The notes under the pieces are model-generated. The model saw nothing but the letters and a program-made list of their open reading frames with translations. It was not told the origin of the DNA and did not search any database. Source: an uncultured Candidatus Rokubacteria bacterium (GTDB taxonomy: Bacteria > Methylomirabilota > Methylomirabilia > Rokubacteriales > DASRDR01). Taken from it: DNA of 64,000 nt. Every line of letters begins with the position of its first letter. Within the stretch, counting starts at the first letter, position 1. Below are positions 41,116-50,789 of this stretch, piece after piece. Where the stretch lies: positions 1,280,001 through 1,344,000 of the forward strand of contig CAWDVE010000010.1 in the NCBI GenBank assembly GCA_963805625.1, read 5' to 3'. Position numbers and translations under genes: made by a program.

Positions 41116-42360
41116 GTGGCGGACGGGCTCATCCTCGAGACCGCGCTCCCGCCGGACGGCACTGCGGCGGTGGAGGCGCTGGGACCCGTGGAGGCACTGG
41201 TCGCCGTCACGGCGCTGAACCAGGCCCGGACCGCCCCATCCGTCGTTACCGCGGTCGCCGCCGGGCTGGCCCGCGGCTTCGCCGGGCGGAAGACGGCGGT
41301 CCTCTTCGTCGACGGCGGGTCGCAGGACGGTACCCTCGATGCGGTCAATCAGCAGGCGTCGGCTGATGCGACGGTCCCGGTCGCGAGCGCCCGTGTCTCC
41401 GGACGCCCGGGACGCGGCCGCGCCGTGCTGGCCGCGCTGGCGGCAGCCCGGCACGTCGGCGCCCGCGCGGCAGGCATCGTGGACGCCGGCCTCGCCAGCA
41501 TCACCGCCGAGTCGGTCGAGCTTCTGCTCGGCCCCGCGCTCAACGGGGATGCCGACTACGTCTCGCCTTCCTACACCCGCGCGCTCACCGAGGGCACGCT
41601 CACGACGAACCTTCTCGCGCCCCTGGTCCGATCGCTCTACGGCAAGCGTCTCCAGGAGGTGCTCGGGGGGTGCGCCGCCGTGTCGTCGGCCATCCTCGAT
41701 GCCTTGCCCCCGGCGGAGGAGTGGGCCGACGAGCCGACGGGCCAAGGAGCGGAGATGCGGGTCCTCGGCCAGGCACTGGCGGGCGACCACGCGCTCGTCG
41801 AGGTCCATCTGGGCCGGAAAGAGGTCAATCCCGGCGCCGCCCCGGCCGATCTCGCCCACACCCTGGTGGACGCCGTCGGGCCGCTGTTCCGGCTGATGGA
41901 GCGCCACGCCGCCGGGTGGCAGGACGTCCGAGGGAGCGTGCCAGTCCCTCGGCGAGGCCCAGCCGACCCCGGCCCCAGGGCGGCGGGCGACGTCCGGCCA
42001 GATCGGATGGTCGGGGCCTTCCACCTCGGCCTGAAGGATCTCCTTCCGCTCTGGGAGCAGGCCGTGACGGAGGAGACGCTCGGCCAGCTCTACCCGCTCG
42101 GGCTCCTCGGGCCCGACGACTTCCGCTTCCCGCCGTCCCTGTGGGCTCGCGTGATCGCCGACTTCGCCGTGGCCCACCACGAGCGGCGGCTTCCACGGGA
42201 CCACCTCCTGCGGGCGCTGACGCCGCTCTATCTCGGGCGAGTCGCCGCGTTCGTTCTCGAAACCCAGGCCGCATCCTCGCCGGGAGCCACCGATGCCCTC
42301 GAGCGGGTGTGTCTGGCCTTCGAGGCCGAGAAGCCCACGCTCTCGGCTCGATGGAGGTAG
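41116..42360 (+). CDS. GT2 glucosylglycerate/mannosylglycerate synthase-like protein with degenerate motifs
   Basis: DGGSQDGT, PLVRSLYG, LWARVI.DF, PLYLGRVAAF, FEAEKP.L..RW. The DxD motif reads DAG. Confidence 0.7.
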   Translation: MADGLILETALPPDGTAAVEALGPVEALVAVTALNQARTAPSVVTAVAAGLARGFAGRKTAVLFVDGGSQDGTLDAVNQQASADATVPVASARVSGRPGRGRAVLAALAAARHVGARAAGIVDAGLASITAESVELLLGPALNGDADYVSPSYTRALTEGTLTTNLLAPLVRSLYGKRLQEVLGGCAAVSSAILDALPPAEEWADEPTGQGAEMRVLGQALAGDHALVEVHLGRKEVNPGAAPADLAHTLVDAVGPLFRLMERHAAGWQDVRGSVPVPRRGPADPGPRAAGDVRPDRMVGAFHLGLKDLLPLWEQAVTEETLGQLYPLGLLGPDDFRFPPSLWARVIADFAVAHHERRLPRDHLLRALTPLYLGRVAAFVLETQAASSPGATDALERVCLAFEAEKPTLSARWR

Positions 42361-42362
42361 TG

Positions 42363-43067
42363 ATGCAGCAGCAATGGAGCGACATCGTTCTCGACGCGAT
42401 CAGGGACGTGGGGCATCGGATCCTGTTCGTGACGCCCCGACTCTTAGCCGCGCTCACGCTGATACTGCTCGGCTGGATCGTCGCAGCCCTGGTCCGCCGC
42501 GTCACGATCCGGGTCCTGGCTGCCGCGGACCTCGACGTGCGATGCGCCCGATGGGGACTGACTGGGGTCCTCAGCCGTGGCGGTCACCGTCCGTCGCCGA
42601 CCGAGCTCCTCGGCCGTCTCGTGTACTGGGCCATCTTCCTCGTGGGGCTGCTGATGGCCGTCGAGGCGCTGGAGATGCCGGGGACGCGGGGCGCGGTGGG
42701 CGCGGTGCTCGCGTTCCTGCCGCACGTCATCGTCGCGGTGCTCGTCGTCGTCGGGGGGTGGATGCTCGCCCAGTTCCTGGCCCAAGCCGTGTTGATCGCC
42801 GCGGTCAACGCTCAGGTGGCGGGGGCCTCCCTGCTGGCGACGGCGGTTCGCTGGCTCGTCCTCACCGTCGCCGCCGCCGTCGCCCTGACCGAGCTCGGCG
42901 TCGCACGCGAGATGGTCCTGCTCGTCTTCGGAATCGCGTTCGGCGGGGCAGTGCTCGCCCTGTCGCTGGCCTTCGGCCTCGGAGCGCGAGAGCTGGCGCG
43001 CCAGGCCCTCGAGAGCTACCTCGCCCGGGTGCGCCAGGACCGCGGCGAGCCCGTCTCGCACGTCTGA
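42363..43067 (+). CDS. MscS-associated TM-helix repeat membrane protein (CmpX-like)
   Basis: Two repeats (PRLLAAL.LILLGWIVA / LPHVIVAVLVVVGGWMLA) and a ALSLAFGLG tail. Confidence 0.7.
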   Translation: MQQQWSDIVLDAIRDVGHRILFVTPRLLAALTLILLGWIVAALVRRVTIRVLAAADLDVRCARWGLTGVLSRGGHRPSPTELLGRLVYWAIFLVGLLMAVEALEMPGTRGAVGAVLAFLPHVIVAVLVVVGGWMLAQFLAQAVLIAAVNAQVAGASLLATAVRWLVLTVAAAVALTELGVAREMVLLVFGIAFGGAVLALSLAFGLGARELARQALESYLARVRQDRGEPVSHV

Positions 43068-43081
43068 CGGCAGGAGGCCCC

Positions 43082-44419
43082 ATGGCCGGGATGATCGACA
43101 GCGCGTTCTTCGGGGATCTCTACTCGACCGCCGAGATGCGGGAGGTATGGAGCGACCGCGCGATGATCCAGCGCTGGCTCGACGTCGAGTCCGCGCTCGC
43201 TCGCGCCGAGGCTCGCCTGGGGATCGTCCCCGCCGCGGCGGCCGACGAGATCACCCGGAAGGCCCGTGTCGAGCAGCTCGACTTCGGGGAGATGAAACGG
43301 GAGCTCGAGGAGGCCCGCCATCCGATCATGCCCTTGATCCGCTGCCTCGCGCGCGCCTGCGAGCCGGAGGCGGCCGAATTCATCCACTGGGGCGCGACCA
43401 CCCAGGACATCCTCGACACGGGGCTCATCCTCCAGCTCCGATCGAGTCACGCCATCGTGCTGCGCGACCTCGGCGAGGTTCGCCGCCTGCTCGCGGCCCT
43501 GGCGCGCCGCCACCGGGACACCGTCCAAGCGGGCCGGACCCACGGGCAGCAGGCGCTGCCGATCACCTTCGGCTACAAGCTCGCCGTGTGGGTCGCGGAG
43601 ATCGACCGGCACCTCGAGCGGCTCGCCCAACTCGCGCCCCGGGTCTTCCGGGGTCAGCTCGCGGGTGCCGTGGGGACCCTCGCGTCGATCGGCGAGAAGG
43701 GCCTCGAGCTCCAGGCGCTCTTCTGCGCGGATCTTGGCCTGGCCGTCCCGGAGATCGCCTGGCACACCGCCCGGGACGGCGTGGCGGAGGCCGTCTGCGC
43801 CTACGCGCTCGTGAGTGGCACCCTTGCCAAGATCGCGAACGAGGTCATCGACCTCCAGAAGACGGAGGTGGCGGAGCTGGAGGAGCCGTTCCACCGGGGC
43901 AAGATCGGGTCCAGCACGATGCCCCACAAGCGCAACCCGTCGGCGTGCGAGCACGTGGTGGCGCTGGGCCGGCTCCTCCACGCCCAGGTCGCGCCCGCCC
44001 TCCAGAGCATGGTCTCGGCAAACGAGCGGGACAAGCGGGCGGGTGTGACCGAGCAGGCGGTTCTGCCCGAGGTCTCGTGTCTCGTCGCCGGGATGCTCCG
44101 CGGGACCCGGGGAATCCTCTCCGGCCTCCACGTGTACCCGGAGCGGATGCAGGAGAACCTCGGACTCCTGGACGGGCTCCTCCTGAGCGAGGCCGTGATG
44201 CTGGCGCTGGCACGGCACATCGGCCGCCAGCGGGCCCACGAGGTCGTCTACGAGCTGAGCATGGATGCCGTCGAGGGGCGGCGGCCCCTCAGGCAACTGC
44301 TCCTCGAGGATCCGCGGGTCAAGCCCTACCTCGGCCCGGCCGAGCTCGACAGCCTGCTCGACCCGGCCCGCTACACGGGGCTCGCCGCCCGCTTCGTCGA
44401 TCGCGTGGCTTCCCCGTAG
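43082..44419 (+). CDS. Adenylosuccinate lyase / 3-carboxymuconate cycloisomerase family lyase
   Basis: HWGATTQDILDT, GRTHGQQA, GSSTMPHKRNP signature. Confidence 0.85.
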   Translation: MAGMIDSAFFGDLYSTAEMREVWSDRAMIQRWLDVESALARAEARLGIVPAAAADEITRKARVEQLDFGEMKRELEEARHPIMPLIRCLARACEPEAAEFIHWGATTQDILDTGLILQLRSSHAIVLRDLGEVRRLLAALARRHRDTVQAGRTHGQQALPITFGYKLAVWVAEIDRHLERLAQLAPRVFRGQLAGAVGTLASIGEKGLELQALFCADLGLAVPEIAWHTARDGVAEAVCAYALVSGTLAKIANEVIDLQKTEVAELEEPFHRGKIGSSTMPHKRNPSACEHVVALGRLLHAQVAPALQSMVSANERDKRAGVTEQAVLPEVSCLVAGMLRGTRGILSGLHVYPERMQENLGLLDGLLLSEAVMLALARHIGRQRAHEVVYELSMDAVEGRRPLRQLLLEDPRVKPYLGPAELDSLLDPARYTGLAARFVDRVASP

Positions 44420-44431
44420 CCCCGGCGGCTC

Positions 44432-45124
44432 TCACACCATCTCCGCGATCAGGCGTGCCGCCGCATCGACGTCCCGCGCTTTCGGGCAGTCGTCGACCGC
44501 CCAGGCTCCGAAGGGATCGAGGAGGATGGCGCGAGCCCCAGCCACGCGCGCGCCCGCGACGTCGACCGAGTACAGGTCCCCCACGTGGACGGCCTCTGCC
44601 GGCTCAACGCCGAGGGCCGCCGCCGCGTGGTGGAAGATCCGAGGATCGGGCTTCTCAAAGCCGACGACGCCCGAGTCGACGACGGCATCGAGCCAGCCCG
44701 CGAGACCGAGCGCTTGGAGAAGCCGGGCCACCGTACCGTTGGAGTTCGAGACGACGGCGAGTCGGAGGCCAAGCCGGCGGAGCGTCTCCAGGGCGCGCGG
44801 GGCCTCGGGCAGACACACCGACCACAGCCCGAAGGGCGGGTTGACGACGCGAAGATCCTGGACGAGGCGCTCGCTCCCCTCGCTCCAGGCGAGCCCGAGC
44901 TCCTCGAGCACGTACCGGACGTAGCAGGTGAACACGTCCGCGGTCTCCGTCGACCGGCGGGCGGCGAGGAGGGGATCGAGTCGGACGCGCGCCCGGGCCT
45001 CCGCGGCGCGCACCGCGGGCACATCCACCGAGTAGGATTCGGCCCCGATCCGCCGCGCGATCGTGTCGTAGTCGAGGCCGACGAGCGTGTTGCCCGCGTC
45101 GAGAAAGACGGCGCGAAGCGCCAA
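44432..45124 (-). CDS. HAD superfamily hydrolase
   Basis: FLDAGNTL, VVSNSNG, EKPDPRIF, HVGDLYSVD. TTG start inferred. Confidence 0.85.
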   Translation of the reverse strand: MALRAVFLDAGNTLVGLDYDTIARRIGAESYSVDVPAVRAAEARARVRLDPLLAARRSTETADVFTCYVRYVLEELGLAWSEGSERLVQDLRVVNPPFGLWSVCLPEAPRALETLRRLGLRLAVVSNSNGTVARLLQALGLAGWLDAVVDSGVVGFEKPDPRIFHHAAAALGVEPAEAVHVGDLYSVDVAGARVAGARAILLDPFGAWAVDDCPKARDVDAAARLIAEMV

Positions 45125-45126
45125 GG

Positions 45127-45750
45127 CTACTTCTTCACCCACTCTCCCCGGTCGGTCTGGATCCACTGCCCGCCATGGGTCCGCTCCCGGTAGGCCTTGG
45201 CGAACGACGCCTTCACCCGTGCCACATCCGTCGCCGCAATGCGGTTCTGCCGCATGAAGGTCTCGATGATGGCCTGCCGGTCCCGGTTCTCCTCTCCAAT
45301 GAGCCTGGCGACCTCGCCGGTGCAGCCTTGGCCGGGGCGGGGCTCCACGAACCCCTGGTTGTTCTCGCCGACGCAGCCACGCGCCAGCCCCTGCTGGAGC
45401 GCGCCCAGCCGCCGGTTCTGCGACTCCGTCAGCTGGCGCAGCTCTTCGCTGTCCGTCTTGGGCGCCTGGGCGATATCGACGCTGGACCCCTGCGCGCTCG
45501 CGTCGCGGGGACCCAGCGGGGCAAGCCACCGGTCGAGGCTCGACCCGGGCTTGGGCGTCGCGCTCGGCGCCGGCGCGGGTGGCGGCGGCGCGCCCTCCGG
45601 ACGGCGACTCATGTCCACGATCTGGCTCGCCGCGTCGTCCAGCTTTTGCTGGGGGAACGTGACGTTCACGGTCACCGGGACGCAGGCGGCGAGCGCCGCC
45701 GCGAGCACGAGAACGCTGACGCGACGACCGACAAGGGCCCTCTTCATCAT
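45127..45750 (-). CDS. Lipoprotein with YdbL/DUF1318 domain (paralog 2)
   Basis: Lipobox LAAC, VPVTVNVTFPQ, GCVGENNQG, ENRDRQAI, WIQ...GEWVKK. Confidence 0.75.
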   Translation of the reverse strand: MMKRALVGRRVSVLVLAAALAACVPVTVNVTFPQQKLDDAASQIVDMSRRPEGAPPPPAPAPSATPKPGSSLDRWLAPLGPRDASAQGSSVDIAQAPKTDSEELRQLTESQNRRLGALQQGLARGCVGENNQGFVEPRPGQGCTGEVARLIGEENRDRQAIIETFMRQNRIAATDVARVKASFAKAYRERTHGGQWIQTDRGEWVKK

Positions 45751-45787
45751 GCCGTCTCCCTACCGGCCGCCACGAGTCGACCCCAGC

Positions 45788-46351
45788 TCATGTCTTTCTG
45801 ACCCACCGGCCGTTCTCGAGCTGGATCCAGTCATTGGGGCGCGAGCGCTCCTGGCGGGCCTTGGCAAAGGCGCTCTGGACGCGAACCGTGTCGCTCGCCG
45901 GAATGTTGTTCTCCTTCATGAACGCGCCGTAAATCACCTGCCGGTCTGCGTTCTCGGCTCGGATCAGGTCCGAGACCTCCGGACCACACCCCTCGCCCGG
46001 CCGTGTCACCAGCAGTCCCTGGTTCGTCTCGCCGATGCAGCCCCGACTCTTCCATTCGCGAAGACTGGAGCGGCGATCACGGCGGGACTCGGTCGCCTTC
46101 ACGACCTCGGGCGACCGTTCGTTGAGTCTGGGCGTCGACGCCACGTCGACACTACGTCCTCCGCTCGGGGTCGGAGCCGGCGTCGCGGGCGGGGCGGACG
46201 CACTCGGAACCGGCATTTCTTCTATATGCCTCGCGGCGCTGTCGAGCTTCTCCTGGGGGAACGTGACGTTCACGGTCACGGGAACGCAAGCCGCAAGGGC
46301 GATTGCCAGCGTCGCGAGCACCACCGGGTGAGAACCTCGCCGCCAGTTCAT
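45788..46351 (-). CDS. Lipoprotein with YdbL/DUF1318 domain (paralog 1)
   Basis: Lipobox LAAC, VPVTVNVTFPQ, GCIGETNQG, ENADRQVIY, WIQLENGRWVRK. Confidence 0.75.
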   Translation of the reverse strand: MNWRRGSHPVVLATLAIALAACVPVTVNVTFPQEKLDSAARHIEEMPVPSASAPPATPAPTPSGGRSVDVASTPRLNERSPEVVKATESRRDRRSSLREWKSRGCIGETNQGLLVTRPGEGCGPEVSDLIRAENADRQVIYGAFMKENNIPASDTVRVQSAFAKARQERSRPNDWIQLENGRWVRKT

Positions 46352-46389
46352 CGCCCGCTCCCTTCCCGAGTCATTTCGCTCCGGCGATC

Positions 46390-48981
46390 TCATAGACCGG
46401 GGAACTGCTTCGCCAGGAACCCGATTGGCATGCTGATCACGTTGATTTCCTTCACACGCGGCGGGAAGATCCCCAAGATCTCCCGGCCCTTGAGGCTCAG
46501 GGTCACCTTCACGTCTTCGTTCTGCTCAGTGCGGACCACCACATCGGCCGCCTTGTAGTCGAAAGACCGGAGGTTGCCGAGGGCGGTTCTCACGACCCCG
46601 GTCGGGTCGGCCTCCGCCCACGAGAGAAGGCGGTCGAGAAGCTCGATCGTCACCGTGCCCCCTTCCGGCACCCCGAACCGGCCGTCCGCGCCAAGGCGGC
46701 CGCCCCCGTAACGCATATCCAGATCGTACCGCAGGAGTCCCGTCATGGTCCCGCCACGGATCCCGTACGCCGCCATGAACTCGTCAATGCGCACTCGCTC
46801 GCCCGTGATCCGAGCACGCGCGGTCGGCCCGGCGGCGGCGAGCTCGAGCTCGATCGTTCCTCGACCCTCCCCGGAGTAGAGGCCGTAGTGGAGATCGGTC
46901 AACGTCAGCCGCTGGTCGATAGCCCGGGCGCGCGCCGTGACATCGTACAGGACGGCGCCGTAGCCCACGAACTCGCCCACCTTGAGCGGTCCATCCGCCG
47001 AGGCGCCGGCCGGAGCGACCACGCCACCCCGGCGCACCGGCACTTCGGCCGAGACATCGCGGAGGCTCAGCCGCCCCCCGAGAAGCTCCGCCTTGGCGAC
47101 CTGGAGACCCAGGCGCCCTTCATATGTGCCGAACCCCATGTCCGGCGACTCGAGCTCGACCGTCGCCGACCCGGTGACCTCCCGTGAGACCGACGGCCAG
47201 AGCGGCGCGAGACGCTCGAGGGCTGGCACCCGCGCCGTCAGCCTGATCGGCCCGGTGGAGCCGGGCGCTCGACGTCCGAGGTCCGCCTGGAACATCTCCC
47301 GGCCTTCGGCGTCGCGGGCCACCATCGTGGCCCGCCCGAGGCGCGCGCCGGCCCCGTTGCGCCCCACGTCGGCGGAGCCCGCGACGCGATGGAGCAGCCC
47401 CTCGAAGGAGGGTAACGCTCCGCGAACACGCTCGGCCTCGTACCCGATGGTCGCGCTTCCGGACCGGACGGTCGCCTGGACGCGCGCGCGGTCGACCGCA
47501 GCCTCGCCCGCGGGCTGCCGGAGCGCGACGCCCCGGATCTCCGCGTCAACCTTCCCGTCGGTCCAGCCACGCGGATCGAGTCCCGTCACCACGACACGGA
47601 GGCTCCCAGCCCGCAGCTGATCCGACGGGCCGAGCCAATCTCCACCAAAGTGGCGAGCCAGCGCGTCGAGACGCACCGCGCTCGTCTCGACCCGAGCGTC
47701 GGCCCGCGCCCGCAGGACGTCGTACGCCACCGCACCCCGAAGCGGCACTCCGTGAACCTGCGCCGTCAGGCCGGTCAGCTCCACCCGCGAGAGACTCCCA
47801 GTCGTGTCGAGGTCGACCCCGAACGGGGTCGCCACTGGTGCAAACACGAGTCCCGCGACCTCGACCCTCTCGCCACGAAGGTCGCCGCGCGCGCTCACGC
47901 CCTCCTCGCGGGGCCCGAGCGCGAGTCGCGCCTCGACACCACGGGCAAGCACGTCCAGGCCGACAGCGGAGGCCGGCACGGACGCGTCCAGGACGTGGAG
48001 CGTAGCGCGCGCCTCGGGCCACCCGCCGCGCTCGGGCGCCCAGGTGACCTCCCCGTCGGCGAGCTCCGCGTGGCCCTTCACCGGCCCCCCGAGGCCGGCC
48101 ATCGACCCGGCGAGCCCCAGGTCAGCGGTACCCCGGAGCTCGCCGAGGCGAAGCCACCCGTCCTGGAACGAGAGGGCGCCCTCCAGCGCCGCGAGATCGC
48201 CGAGGCGCGCGCTGGCGCGTCCCGCGACGCGGTCTCCCGGGGAGAGGCCCAGCTGGGCGCGCAAGTCGACCGGCGTCGTCCGGGCGGCGGCCGCAAGCGC
48301 CGCGGGAAGCCACGGCGCCAGGGGTGCGAGCCCGCCCTCACCCGCCAGGTCGAGGCGGATCGTGTCTCCATCGGCCCGCGCGTAGAGCCCGAGGGTGAAG
48401 CGAGACCGTGCCCGGTCCCGCAGCAGCACCTCCCCACGCACCTCGCCGCTCCTCTTGTGGAGGGTCGCATCGAACGTCACGTCCTCCGAAGACGAGCCCG
48501 GCGCCTGGATCACACCCCCGGTGATCGCAACGTCGACGAGCGGGGCGCTCCCGATGAAGCTCGCCAAACCTTGATGGAGCCCTTCGAGTGCCGCAGCTCC
48601 CGTCGCACCCCCGCCTCCGGCGACGATCTTCGGTCGGACCACCAAGAGCCGGACCGGCGCGGCTTCCCCGCGTGCCGCGGAAAGAAGCGGGCCCGAGGCC
48701 TCGACCGACTCGGCCGTCACCTCAGCCGGCCAGCCGCGCTCCGCCGGCAGCCGAAGGCCTCGGAGAACGACCCGCGAGGGACCGAGGTCGGTGACTCGAT
48801 CGATCTCCACTCCTCGCGCGAGGGCCTGGGTGAGGGTCGCGGCGAGGATCCGGGCGGAGCGGCTCTGGTCGGCGAGGACCAGGTACCCGACAATGGCCAC
48901 GGCGGCAACCGTCAGGAAAACGCCCGCCGCGAAGGCCGCCAGGACGCGACGGCGCCGCACCCAGTCCCGCAACGTGCCCAT
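46390..48981 (-). CDS. YdbH/AsmA-like intermembrane lipid-transport protein
   Basis: N-terminal TM anchor, long beta-rich body, C-terminal ALGNLRSFDY...INV typical of YdbH, directly upstream of the ydbL-like genes. Confidence 0.6.
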   Translation of the reverse strand: MGTLRDWVRRRRVLAAFAAGVFLTVAAVAIVGYLVLADQSRSARILAATLTQALARGVEIDRVTDLGPSRVVLRGLRLPAERGWPAEVTAESVEASGPLLSAARGEAAPVRLLVVRPKIVAGGGGATGAAALEGLHQGLASFIGSAPLVDVAITGGVIQAPGSSSEDVTFDATLHKRSGEVRGEVLLRDRARSRFTLGLYARADGDTIRLDLAGEGGLAPLAPWLPAALAAAARTTPVDLRAQLGLSPGDRVAGRASARLGDLAALEGALSFQDGWLRLGELRGTADLGLAGSMAGLGGPVKGHAELADGEVTWAPERGGWPEARATLHVLDASVPASAVGLDVLARGVEARLALGPREEGVSARGDLRGERVEVAGLVFAPVATPFGVDLDTTGSLSRVELTGLTAQVHGVPLRGAVAYDVLRARADARVETSAVRLDALARHFGGDWLGPSDQLRAGSLRVVVTGLDPRGWTDGKVDAEIRGVALRQPAGEAAVDRARVQATVRSGSATIGYEAERVRGALPSFEGLLHRVAGSADVGRNGAGARLGRATMVARDAEGREMFQADLGRRAPGSTGPIRLTARVPALERLAPLWPSVSREVTGSATVELESPDMGFGTYEGRLGLQVAKAELLGGRLSLRDVSAEVPVRRGGVVAPAGASADGPLKVGEFVGYGAVLYDVTARARAIDQRLTLTDLHYGLYSGEGRGTIELELAAAGPTARARITGERVRIDEFMAAYGIRGGTMTGLLRYDLDMRYGGGRLGADGRFGVPEGGTVTIELLDRLLSWAEADPTGVVRTALGNLRSFDYKAADVVVRTEQNEDVKVTLSLKGREILGIFPPRVKEINVISMPIGFLAKQFPGL

Positions 48982-49071
48982 GGCAGTCAGACGGCCGGCG
49001 CCGCCTCCGTCATCAGTCGGTCAGGCGCCTGGGAGGGCAGCCCGTGGGCTCGCGGCCCGCGCGCTCGCCGG

Positions 49072-50241
49072 TCAATAGGACTTGGGGAGGCCAAGGACCC
49101 GCTCGGCCAGATAGTTGAGCGCCATTTGCTGGGAGACCGGCGCGATCTTGTAGAGCCGTACCTCCCGCCACAGGCGCTCGACGTCGAACTCCTTCGCGTA
49201 CCCGAAGCCGCCAAATGTCTGGAGCGCGGCATCCGCCGCCTCGAAGCCGGCCTCCGCCGCGAGAACCTTGGCGGCGTTCGCCTCGGCCCCGCATGCCTCA
49301 CCGCGATCGAAGAGCCACGCGGCGCGGAGCGTCAGCTGCCAGGCGCCCTCGAGGCGCGCCCATGCGAGGGCCAGCGGGTGCGCGATGGCCTGGTTCTGAC
49401 CGATGGGCCGCCCAAACACCACGCGCTCGCGGGCGTACGCGGCGGCGCGCTCGAGCGCCACCCGCCCGATCCCGATCGCTTCTCCGGCCACGAGGACGCG
49501 CTCGGGGTTGAGCGAGTCGAGCAGGTGATGGAAGCCGCGTCCCACCTCACCCACCACGTCCTCATCCGCCACCCGGAGCCCATCGATGATGAGCTCGTTG
49601 GAGTCAACGGCCGCCCGGCCGAGCTTCTCGATCTCGCGAATCTCCACGGTCTGAGGGTCCAGGTCGGCGACGAAGAGCGTGAGGCCGTCGAGCTTCCGCG
49701 GGCCGGTCAGCTCGTACGGTGTCGTTCGCGCGAGCAAGAGCATCTTCTCGGAATGGCGCGCGTTGGAGGTCCAGACCTTCCGGCCCTTCACGACCCAGCC
49801 GGTTCCGTCATGGCGGGCCATGGTCTCGATGCGGCTCGTGTCCGTCCCCGCGTTAGGTTCCGTGACGCCGAACGCCAGGCTGAGCCGCCCGGCCGCGATC
49901 TCCGGCAGGATACGCCGCCTGAGGCCTTCGCTTCCGTGACGGATGATGGGCATAGGCGGGAACACCGCGAAGTGGACCGGAGACGCGCCCGACAGGCCCG
50001 CGCCGGAGGCGCAGATCGCCTCAAGCATCAGCAGGGCCTCGGTTACCCCCAGGCCCGCGCCCCCGTATGCCTCTGGGATGGCCAGGCCCAGCCACCCCGC
50101 GTCGGCGAAGGCCCGCACGAACTCGATGGGGTACTCCGCCTTCCGGTCCTTCTCCCGCCAGTAGTCCCAGCCGAACCCCCGGGCAAGCGCGGCGACCTGC
50201 CGGTGAATCTCAGCCTGAGACTCGGAAAGGGCGAAGTCCAT
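49072..50241 (-). CDS. Acyl-CoA dehydrogenase family protein
   Basis: FGVTEPNAGTD, GRKVWTS, LNPER, QTFGGFGYAKE. Confidence 0.9.
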   Translation of the reverse strand: MDFALSESQAEIHRQVAALARGFGWDYWREKDRKAEYPIEFVRAFADAGWLGLAIPEAYGGAGLGVTEALLMLEAICASGAGLSGASPVHFAVFPPMPIIRHGSEGLRRRILPEIAAGRLSLAFGVTEPNAGTDTSRIETMARHDGTGWVVKGRKVWTSNARHSEKMLLLARTTPYELTGPRKLDGLTLFVADLDPQTVEIREIEKLGRAAVDSNELIIDGLRVADEDVVGEVGRGFHHLLDSLNPERVLVAGEAIGIGRVALERAAAYARERVVFGRPIGQNQAIAHPLALAWARLEGAWQLTLRAAWLFDRGEACGAEANAAKVLAAEAGFEAADAALQTFGGFGYAKEFDVERLWREVRLYKIAPVSQQMALNYLAERVLGLPKSY

Positions 50242-50397
50242 GAAGGGTTCCTGAAACCAGTATAGCCGGGCGGCGTCGGGCGGCGCGCGAGAGACGGCTC
50301 TGCGGGGCCGATAGAGCCTTCTCACCGAGCGCCCGGACGAGTCGTCGCGGGATCTACCGCCTTCAGTAGCGCCGGGCCGGCGAAAGCGGCGCGGCTC

Positions 50398-50772
50398 TCA
50401 GGGGCAGGCGCGGGCCGTGGCCGAGAGAGGACCCACCTTCGACACGGCCGACGCCACCGCCTCGACGCAGAGGCTTCCCACGCCGGGCAGCCCGGTGGTG
50501 CGCTCGACCAGCTCCACCGCGTCCGTGCTCTCCGCGCACCGTTCCTCGACCCGATGGGCGATGCCCTTGACGCAGAGGCGATCGACTGGAATCCGCTGCG
50601 TGCCGGCCTGGTCGGACGTGGTGAAGGCACGGAACGTACTCACCTGCTCGCCCGACGCGCCCCGGGTCTCCACGGTGACGTGGAGCCACGCGGTTCCCTG
50701 GGCTCCGGGCATCCCGGTCCACCCTAGGACCAGTACCGCCAGTACCCCCGCCACACACGTCCGCACCATCAT
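50398..50772 (-). CDS. Small secreted hypothetical protein with four Cys in the mature part
   Basis: GAGGAG SD, signal peptide MMVRTCVAGVLAVLVLG, ends ATARACP. Confidence 0.55.
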   Translation of the reverse strand: MMVRTCVAGVLAVLVLGWTGMPGAQGTAWLHVTVETRGASGEQVSTFRAFTTSDQAGTQRIPVDRLCVKGIAHRVEERCAESTDAVELVERTTGLPGVGSLCVEAVASAVSKVGPLSATARACP

Positions 50773-50789
50773 CACGCTCCTCTTGCCGG

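Noticed and set aside
43082-44419. Assigning purB or pcaB specifically
   Set aside because: The shared signature does not distinguish them by eye, and context supports neither
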